Shown here one piece after another: positions 19,681-27,127 of a DNA stretch of 63,685 bases; position 1 is the stretch's first letter; every line of letters begins with the position of its first letter. The notes under the pieces were generated by a model, which saw only the letters and a list, made by a program, of their open reading frames with translations, had not been told where the DNA came from and searched no databases. Location of the stretch: the NCBI GenBank assembly GCA_947625625.1, contig CANQPC010000004.1, positions 1-63,685 on the forward strand. Direction: 5' to 3'. This DNA is from an uncultured Bacilli bacterium. Lineage in GTDB: Bacteria > Bacillota_I > Bacilli_A > RF39 > UBA660. The translations under genes were made by a program, and so were the position numbers.

Positions 19681-21438
19681 TTAAATTTTATTAGGTACTT
19701 TTAAACTTAGTATTTCTAATAATTTTTTATTTGTATTGTAAACATTTTCACTTAGTCCCAGCCATGATTTTCTTACATTATTATCTTTTTCAGATAATAT
19801 TTTATTTGATGAATAAAAACTATTATAAATATTATTCAGTTGATATAAGTACTCCGCTATATCATTTAGTGATTTTTCTTCAAACGATTTATTTAAAACT
19901 TTATTAACTTCTAACAGTTTTAAGGAAATATCTCTATCATAATTATTGACGATAGTATTTATGGGACCTATTTCATAATTATTTTCATATGCTTTATCTA
20001 ATAAAGATTTGATTCTTATCGTAGAATACAACAAATACAAACCAGTTTTACCACTCAAATCGCAAAATCTTTCTACATCGAAAATATAATCAGTCTCTCT
20101 TTGAGGTAATAAGTCGGCATATTTTAAGGTACTAATAGCGATAGTATTAGAAATTTGTTCTCTATCGTTTCCTAATATTGAAGGATTCATTTTTTTCAAA
20201 GTTTCTTCCTTCACTATTTCTATTAATCTCAAGAGTGGCATGACGTCTCCATCTCGTGTTTTAAAGGGCTTTCCATCTTTTCCATTCATTGTTCCGAAGC
20301 CAACAAACTCTAATTTGACATTATTAGGAACAATTCCTGATTTGTATGCTGCTCTAAACACCTGTTCAAAATGTAGTGACTGTCGTTTATCAACAACATA
20401 CCATATTTCATCAGGTGATAATGTTTTCATTCTTTGCCATAATGTTGCCAAATCGGTGGTTTCATAAGAAATAGCACCGTTTGACTTAACTAATAATAAT
20501 GGCGGCATTGGCCTTGTATCATCGGGTAAAGCAACATCCATGACTAATGCTCCTTCACTTTCATAAACCAAATTCTTCTCTTTTAAGTAATCTATAACTG
20601 AAGTTACATAAGGATCTGCATCGCTCTCTCCTAACCACAAATCAAAAGAAACATTTAATTTTTCATATATTTTTTTTATGTCATCGGTTGATATTTTTAC
20701 TATTTGTTTCCATAATTCATAGTAGCCTCTTTCTTTTTGCTGAAGTTTTGCAGTTATAATTCTTGCTTCTTGAAGATAATTTTCATCCTCTTTTGCTTTA
20801 CTACTGGCTATTGGATATAATTTTTCTAAATCAACATTTTTTATTGGACATCTTTTTGGGTAATCACCTTTATAGTTTTCATCAAAATATGGCCATTCGG
20901 GATGTCTTTTTTTTAATTCTAATATAATCAACCCCATAGGCCTACCCCAATCACCAAGATGAACATCACTAATAACATTATAATTTTTAAACTTTGCTAA
21001 TCGTTTTAAAGCTTCACCGATATTTGCACTTCTCAAATGACCAACATGTAAAGATTTGGCAATATTTGGCCCTCCATAATCTATAATGATCTTTTTAATG
21101 AAAGAATTTGAATGATTTTCATCATTTTTATTTAGTATACGGTTATTTTCCATAATTTTAGCTAATTCACTATCCGAAAACGTTAAATTAATGAAACCTG
21201 GTCCTGCAACATTTATGTTTGAATAACATGATTCCTTCTTTAATAAATCTGCTATTTTGTTAGCAATTGTTATCGGATTTTCTTTATATTTTTTGCTAAG
21301 CTGCATAACTCCATTATATTGATATTGCCCAAGATCAGGTCTAACTGATACTACTAAGTTAACATTATCATCACAATATCCGCACTTTTTTATTATATTT
21401 TTTAATTCTTTTTCCTGTTCTTTTATAAAATCTATCAT
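19681..21438 (-). CDS. argS: arginyl-tRNA synthetase, second copy (E. coli-type), element-encoded
   Basis: Arg_tRNA_synt_N pattern (QYQYNGVMQLSKK...VAGPGFINL), HIGH = SLHVGHLRSANIG, PFKTRDG in place of KMSKS, and a DALR anticodon-binding C-terminus. Confidence 0.85.
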   Translation of the reverse strand: MIDFIKEQEKELKNIIKKCGYCDDNVNLVVSVRPDLGQYQYNGVMQLSKKYKENPITIANKIADLLKKESCYSNINVAGPGFINLTFSDSELAKIMENNRILNKNDENHSNSFIKKIIIDYGGPNIAKSLHVGHLRSANIGEALKRLAKFKNYNVISDVHLGDWGRPMGLIILELKKRHPEWPYFDENYKGDYPKRCPIKNVDLEKLYPIASSKAKEDENYLQEARIITAKLQQKERGYYELWKQIVKISTDDIKKIYEKLNVSFDLWLGESDADPYVTSVIDYLKEKNLVYESEGALVMDVALPDDTRPMPPLLLVKSNGAISYETTDLATLWQRMKTLSPDEIWYVVDKRQSLHFEQVFRAAYKSGIVPNNVKLEFVGFGTMNGKDGKPFKTRDGDVMPLLRLIEIVKEETLKKMNPSILGNDREQISNTIAISTLKYADLLPQRETDYIFDVERFCDLSGKTGLYLLYSTIRIKSLLDKAYENNYEIGPINTIVNNYDRDISLKLLEVNKVLNKSFEEKSLNDIAEYLYQLNNIYNSFYSSNKILSEKDNNVRKSWLGLSENVYNTNKKLLEILSLKVPNKI

Positions 21439-21460
21439 TTTAACTCCTTATAATTCTTAA

Positions 21461-23278
21461 TTAAATTTTTCTTTTTAAACATTTTACTAAAAACCCATCA
21501 TCTAATTTTTCAATAATTTTGTCATATCTACAATTTAAATTTTCGTATTCTAATCGCTTTGCAAAAAATAATAAATCATTGTTTGATAAAGCTATTAAGC
21601 ATTTCATATAATCTCTCTCACTATTTATTTTATCATGTTTTTTTAATAATTCAAATATCTGATTACAAAAATTAGGAACATATTTTCTTAATTGTAGTTC
21701 GTAATTCAGTAATTTTTCCTTGTCACCTAGTATAGATATTTTTCGATCAGTAAATATCTGAGTATAAAATACAGCATCAAATACTTCAGAAGGATTTTTT
21801 AAGTTAAATTCTATATTCTTGTTATTATTAATTATGCCGATTATATGTTCATCTGTAATAATTTCTCCAGGATAAACAAAATCTGGAATTTTGCCATAAG
21901 CATAGTGAAGTTTAAAATACCATTGAGTAAATTCTTCTATAGCTTTTGCACTAGGTTCTTTAAGACATACTAGCATATCTAAATCAGATAGAAGTTTTTC
22001 TTTTCCTTTCGCGTAAGAACCAAACACAAATGAAAAATTCAAATTATTATCAAATATTTTGGAAATTGTATTAGTGTATTCCCTAATCATAACTTTCTTA
22101 ATCTTAGTTTTCTCACTACCATCTTTAAGTTCGTCAAAATTACTATTTTCATAAAAGTTTTCTATCTCCCTATTTATTAAAATTGGTTTTCTAATTTTTA
22201 CACCTTTATACAATATATATGAAGTATTTTCTCCGTAACCACCAAACTCGCAAAATCCTGTATCTATTTCTGGAACCATTTCATTATGTAAAACAAGTGA
22301 CTCGGGAATGCTTTCTATAAAATCAGATTCCCCAAATAAAGAAATATTCATATTTTCCTGTTTATATTCTGATCTTGAAAAATATTTTTTTAAATCAGAT
22401 ATATCACTATAAATCATAACTCTAAAGATAGGAGCATAGAATTCTTCATAATTATGTGGGTCGTCCGTAATTTTTTTGACGATAACAATAGGATTCATAG
22501 TTTTATTTTTAAAGTCTATTTCACCGCCTAATACTATATGATTGCTGTCTCTAATTAAAAGTCTTGATACATCCACTAGCATGTCGCTTTTTTTGATTGT
22601 TGTTTTTTGCTTAATATTTGATTCTATTTCTTTTATTAGTTTATTTATAAACTCTGAAGACAAATTCTCTTTACATAAAATTATATTAGGTTTAGAACAA
22701 TCTTGCCCATAATTAAACATAACAGTTTCTGCTATTTTTTTACTTGCTATGTCAATATTAGCATTATCTGAAATTACTACAGGGTTTTGGCCAACTCCAA
22801 AATATATAAACATAGTATTATTAGATATAGCTTTACTTACCTGTGCAGCATTATTAGGATTTCCAACAAAAATAACGACATCTGAATAAACAACACATTT
22901 CGTCAAATATTCGTACCTAGTCCTTTCATATAGATTTATATTGTAATCATTCAAGTTTAAAATATTATGTATTTTCTTTGATTGTGAAAGTGTGTAGGTA
23001 GATGGTCTATAATATGATTTAGAAGAACAAACACTAGGAACGATAGAATATAACATTAAAGAGTACAAAGGTAAATTCATTGGCAAATAAGATGAAATCA
23101 TCTTTACTTTTTTATTTCCATATTTTCTATTATTTTCTAATGCAAGTAGAGCTAATTTATATTCTTCTAAAGCAACACTTTCATTTTCTATTTCTTTTAA
23201 AATGCTTATTATAAAATCTTTATTTTTTTCAAGATTATTTTTAATTTCTTCTAATATATAAAATTTCATAACTATCAT
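21461..23278 (-). CDS. fusion protein: aldehyde-dehydrogenase-superfamily-like domain + Pol-beta/MNT-type nucleotidyltransferase domain
   Basis: ALDH-like FNYGQDCSKPN (catalytic Cys motif), EEFYAPIF, EFGGYG. NTase motif GSYAKGKEKLLSDLDMLV. The start overlaps the upstream stop (ATGA). Confidence 0.6.
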   Translation of the reverse strand: MIVMKFYILEEIKNNLEKNKDFIISILKEIENESVALEEYKLALLALENNRKYGNKKVKMISSYLPMNLPLYSLMLYSIVPSVCSSKSYYRPSTYTLSQSKKIHNILNLNDYNINLYERTRYEYLTKCVVYSDVVIFVGNPNNAAQVSKAISNNTMFIYFGVGQNPVVISDNANIDIASKKIAETVMFNYGQDCSKPNIILCKENLSSEFINKLIKEIESNIKQKTTIKKSDMLVDVSRLLIRDSNHIVLGGEIDFKNKTMNPIVIVKKITDDPHNYEEFYAPIFRVMIYSDISDLKKYFSRSEYKQENMNISLFGESDFIESIPESLVLHNEMVPEIDTGFCEFGGYGENTSYILYKGVKIRKPILINREIENFYENSNFDELKDGSEKTKIKKVMIREYTNTISKIFDNNLNFSFVFGSYAKGKEKLLSDLDMLVCLKEPSAKAIEEFTQWYFKLHYAYGKIPDFVYPGEIITDEHIIGIINNNKNIEFNLKNPSEVFDAVFYTQIFTDRKISILGDKEKLLNYELQLRKYVPNFCNQIFELLKKHDKINSERDYMKCLIALSNNDLLFFAKRLEYENLNCRYDKIIEKLDDGFLVKCLKRKI

Positions 23279-24612
23279 CCATTAAAATCCTTAATTAGTT
23301 TTCTTGCCTTTGAGGTAAACGCTTTATCAATCCAACCTTTTCTTGGACCGAATGATAAACTATCTGTGACAATTTTAACTCTATCTTTGTTTTGCAAAAT
23401 ATAATCAACTGGAACATATTCATCATTTACAATTGCCGCTACCATAGTGTTACCTATATCATCATGTAATTTATATGCAAAATCTATTGGTGTTGATCCT
23501 TTTGACAATTCAATAATATCACCTTTTGTTGTATAAACATATATCTTATCTGAAAATAACTCGCTCTTAACTTGCGATACAAACTCTCTGTTATCTCCAA
23601 ATATTGTATTTATTTCTGTTAATGATTTAAAAAACTGATATTTGCTTTTTAACTCTTCTTGCATAACATCTCTAGCCCTTCCTTTTTCTATAACCCAATA
23701 AATTGGAAGACCAAAAGATGCTACCTTATCCATATCAAAAGTTCTGATTTGTGTTTGTACTAATTTATCATTGGGGCCAAATACTGTTGTATGAAGTGAT
23801 CTATACATATTTGTCTTAGGATTACATATATAATCTTTAAATTTATCATTTATAGGATGATACTCTTTATGTATGTAGTATAAAGTTCTATAGCAATTTT
23901 CTACCTCATCTACCATTACTTTTAAAGCAAATAAATCGTGTATATCTGATAATCTATGTCCTTCACTTAATCTCTTATATATACCATATATATTTTTCGT
24001 TCTAACTTTTATTTCATTCGGAATATTCTTAAAATTTAAAATATTTTGTATTTTATAGAGCATTTCATATAAAAAGCAATTACTATCATTTTCTATAGAT
24101 ATTTTTTTCTCTTCGATTCTTTTATATATGTCTGGCTTTAAGTATTTTAATGATAAATCTTCTAGTTCACTTTTTATTCTATATGCACCAATACAATAAG
24201 CAAGTGGAACAAATATTTCCATAGTTTCAAGTGCGTTTTCTTTCTGTTTAAATTCACTTTTAAATTGCAAAGTCCTCATATTATGTAATCTATCAGCAAG
24301 TTTTATTATAATTATTCTAACATCTTCAGTTATTCCAGTAATTATTTTTCTTGTATTTGCTAAATTTTGTTCCTGTTTGCTTGAAAAATTCATTTTTGAT
24401 AACTTTGTTACTCCATCTACTAATTTGGCTATATCTTTATTAAATTCTTCAATAATAGTTTCCTTAATTGTTTCTGTATCCTCTAATGTATCATGTAGGA
24501 GTCTTGCACATATTGTATCTCTATCGGCATGCATCTCGGCCAAAATAAATGCAACATTTAATGGATGACTTATGTAGGGCTCTCCACTTTGTCTAAATTG
24601 TCCACTGTGCAT
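23275..24612 (-). CDS. RelA/SpoT homologue, HD-SYNTH-TGS only (no C-terminal regulatory domains); synthetase likely inactive
   Basis: HD motifs SGEPYISHP, LLHDTLEDT, LADRLHNMRTL. Synthetase region YRSLHTTVFGP...VQTQIRT (Gln where the family has the catalytic Glu of ExQIRT). TGS IYVYTTKGDIIELSKGSTPIDFAY. Ends just after TGS. Confidence 0.85.
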   Translation of the reverse strand: MHSGQFRQSGEPYISHPLNVAFILAEMHADRDTICARLLHDTLEDTETIKETIIEEFNKDIAKLVDGVTKLSKMNFSSKQEQNLANTRKIITGITEDVRIIIIKLADRLHNMRTLQFKSEFKQKENALETMEIFVPLAYCIGAYRIKSELEDLSLKYLKPDIYKRIEEKKISIENDSNCFLYEMLYKIQNILNFKNIPNEIKVRTKNIYGIYKRLSEGHRLSDIHDLFALKVMVDEVENCYRTLYYIHKEYHPINDKFKDYICNPKTNMYRSLHTTVFGPNDKLVQTQIRTFDMDKVASFGLPIYWVIEKGRARDVMQEELKSKYQFFKSLTEINTIFGDNREFVSQVKSELFSDKIYVYTTKGDIIELSKGSTPIDFAYKLHDDIGNTMVAAIVNDEYVPVDYILQNKDRVKIVTDSLSFGPRKGWIDKAFTSKARKLIKDFNG

Positions 24613-24892
24613 GTTTTCCGCATAACTATAGGCTTTTTTTAATCACTTACTATTTTTGTTTTTGACAGAAGAAAAAATTATAGAAGAATAATTTAATGTA
24701 TTCTAAATTTGATTTATTTTTAAAGAAATCGTTTAATAATTCATTTTTCATAACATGTCTCCAATTGCATAATAAAAATATTGAATTAAATGTACACCTT
24801 TATTTCTAAATTGTCAATATCTTTTTTATAAAAGAAACTGCATAAGTGTGTTTATAATAGTATTTATGTTTCTTTGCCAAGAAGGAGGAAGG

Positions 24893-25237
24893 TTGAAAAA
24901 ATTAGTAAAAGGAGCTATCTTTTATGCTAGATTAGATCCTATTGTTGGTAGTGAGCAGGGTGGTGATCGTCCTGTTTTAATATTGTAAAATGATGTTGGT
25001 AATAAATATAGTACAACGACAATCGTAGCTCCAATAACAAAGGAAGAAAAAACGAAAAAAATACCAACTCATGTAAAAATAAAGTCTTTTGATAAAATAC
25101 GACCTAATTCATACGCCTTACTAGAGCAAATCCGAACTATTGATAAGTTAAGGCTAAAAGGTTTTGTTTGTAATATAGATGAAGAGGATATGAAAAAAGT
25201 AAATGATGCAATTCGTATTTCATTAGATTTAATGTAG
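24893..25237 (+). pseudogene. mazF: mazF/ndoA (PemK-family) toxin gene with an in-frame TAA nonsense codon
   Basis: The translation [48 protein letters not shown]...PTHVKI...LLEQIRTIDKLRL is colinear with B. subtilis EndoA. TAA at 24986-24988 sits where EndoA has Gln (VLVIQND). No mazE is recognisable upstream. Confidence 0.8.
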
Positions 25238-25304
25238 AAATTTTGGTATTTTTTTTTTGAATTAATATTATTGAAGTTAATAAGTTTAAAATGGGAGGGA
25301 ATGT

Positions 25305-25430
25305 ATGGAAAAAAGAAAAAATGGAGAATTGGTAATAAATATTTATGATGAAAAAGGCGTAACAATTAGTGAAAAAATATTAGAAATTTTTGAAAAATAT
25401 TTAATGTCAAGTCTGCAAAATGGCGAATGA
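25305..25430 (+). CDS. 41-aa ORF upstream of the recombinase pair (function unknown; candidate accessory factor)
   Basis: ATG 25305 preceded by gggaggga; MEKRKNGELVINIYDEKGVTISEKILEIFEKYLMSSLQNGE. Confidence 0.3.
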   Translation: MEKRKNGELVINIYDEKGVTISEKILEIFEKYLMSSLQNGE

Positions 25431-25507
25431 TACACAATTTGTACAGTGGATGGTTATTTTGATTTTTATTATGATTGGTTTGGTGATTAAAAAAGGAGGT
25501 AATGTTT

Positions 25508-27127
25508 ATGTATGATTTAAACGACCAAAGTAGGGGTAGGAGGGCTGGATCATATAGTAGGTTATCAAAAGAAGATTTAGAAAAAGTACAAAAAGGTTTA
25601 ATGGAAAGTATAAGTATTGCCAATCAGAAAAAAATAATTACTAGATATGCTGATGAACATGGTATTGAAATAGTAGAATATTATAGTGATGATGGCTTTA
25701 GTGGAGGTAATTTTGATCGACCTGATTTTAAGAGAATGATAAACGATATTGAGTGTGGAAAAATAGATTGTGTTATTACAAAGGATACTTCTCGATTAGG
25801 TAGAGAATTTATTGAAACTAGTCAGTATATATTTAAATACTTTCCTGAAAAAAATGTAAGGTACATTTCTATATTAGATAATTATGATAGTTTTAATCCA
25901 AATGGTTCAGAGGAAATGCTGCCTTTTAAGAATGTAATTAATGATATGTATTTAAGACAAGCATCAATAAAATCTAAAAGTACAAGGCATGACTTGATGA
26001 AAGAAGGTTATTTTGTAGGTAGTAGTGTTCCTTATGGATATAAAAGGTCAGCAGAAGATAGTCGTAAGTTTGTTATTGATAAATATGCTGCTAATATTGT
26101 AAAAAGAATATTTGAGATGAAATGTAATGGAGTTACGGATGGAATGATTGCTCGTACTTTAACTAATGAAGGAATCCTTCCTCCAAATGTATATAAAAAT
26201 CGAAAAATGAATAAAGTGACAGTTACGACTAATTTGTGGAAGAACGCTTCAATAAAAACGATAATATGTAATCCTGTATATATTGGAACATTGATACAAT
26301 GCAAATATGAAAGAGTTAGTTTAAAATCTAAAAAGAAGAGATTATTACCTAAAGATAAGTGGATAGTTAAAACTAATGTTCATGAACCTATTATTGATAA
26401 AGAGACTTTTGAAAAAGCCAATAATATAAAGAAAAAAGAAATGTCTGTTGATACTCGATGCAGAAAGTATGATTATTTACTGAAAGGTTTAGTAATATGT
26501 GAAGAGTGCCAAAGACCACTGTTAGTTAGGAGGTGTAAAACAAAGAGTAAAAATGGTGAGGAAGATGTTTATCCAATATATTGTTGTAGAACTTATGCTA
26601 CTTACCGAAATAATATATGTAGTATGCATTATTATAGAGAGGATGCTTTAAATGAACTAGTATTAAACGAATTAAGACAACTTTTATTACAATTTTCTGA
26701 GGAAAAAAAGTTAGATGATAAATATAAAATAGTGTTAGCTAATTCTAATTTGATAGAAAAATACGAAAGAGAATATTCTGTTAATACTAAAAAATTAGAA
26801 AATATCGATAAAGCAATAAGTGAATTATATAAAGATAAAGTATCAAATATAATAACTATGGATGAATTTACTTCAATTAAAAACAATTTAGAAAAAGAGA
26901 AAATAAACATTGAAAAGAATATATCTGATTTAAAAATAATGATTGAAAATTCAAAACCTTCTGTGATGGATGAGACAAAAAGAAAGAAAGTTATTAATAA
27001 TTTTTTACAAATGAAAAATCCAACAAAGCAAATGATGCAAGATTTGATAAACAAAATTACGATAGATAAAAATAAAAATGTAAAAATTTATTATAATTTT
27101 AATATTAAGGAAGGTATGTATGAATAG
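25508..27127 (+). CDS. large serine recombinase A of the yabG-intervening element
   Basis: AGSYSRLSKEDL catalytic Ser region, TKDTSRLGRE, recombinase domain (VPYGYKR), Cys-rich zinc ribbon (CEECQRP...CCRTY...C), coiled-coil C-terminus. ATG 25508 (9 nt after AGGAGG) preferred to 25502. Confidence 0.9.
   Translation: MYDLNDQSRGRRAGSYSRLSKEDLEKVQKGLMESISIANQKKIITRYADEHGIEIVEYYSDDGFSGGNFDRPDFKRMINDIECGKIDCVITKDTSRLGREFIETSQYIFKYFPEKNVRYISILDNYDSFNPNGSEEMLPFKNVINDMYLRQASIKSKSTRHDLMKEGYFVGSSVPYGYKRSAEDSRKFVIDKYAANIVKRIFEMKCNGVTDGMIARTLTNEGILPPNVYKNRKMNKVTVTTNLWKNASIKTIICNPVYIGTLIQCKYERVSLKSKKKRLLPKDKWIVKTNVHEPIIDKETFEKANNIKKKEMSVDTRCRKYDYLLKGLVICEECQRPLLVRRCKTKSKNGEEDVYPIYCCRTYATYRNNICSMHYYREDALNELVLNELRQLLLQFSEEKKLDDKYKIVLANSNLIEKYEREYSVNTKKLENIDKAISELYKDKVSNIITMDEFTSIKNNLEKEKINIEKNISDLKIMIENSKPSVMDETKRKKVINNFLQMKNPTKQMMQDLINKITIDKNKNVKIYYNFNIKEGMYE

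Noticed and set aside
24986-24988. Possibility that the TAA inside mazF is read through or recoded
   Set aside because: No recoding signal is evident. All other genes in the window terminate normally at TAA, so a plain nonsense mutation (pseudogene) is the simpler explanation.
25069-25623. ORFs 25069-25365 and 25366-25623 on the minus strand
   Set aside because: They lie antisense to the mazF pseudogene, the 41-aa ORF and the recombinase A start. They are low-complexity F/I/L/K-rich shadow frames typical of AT-rich DNA, with no RBS.
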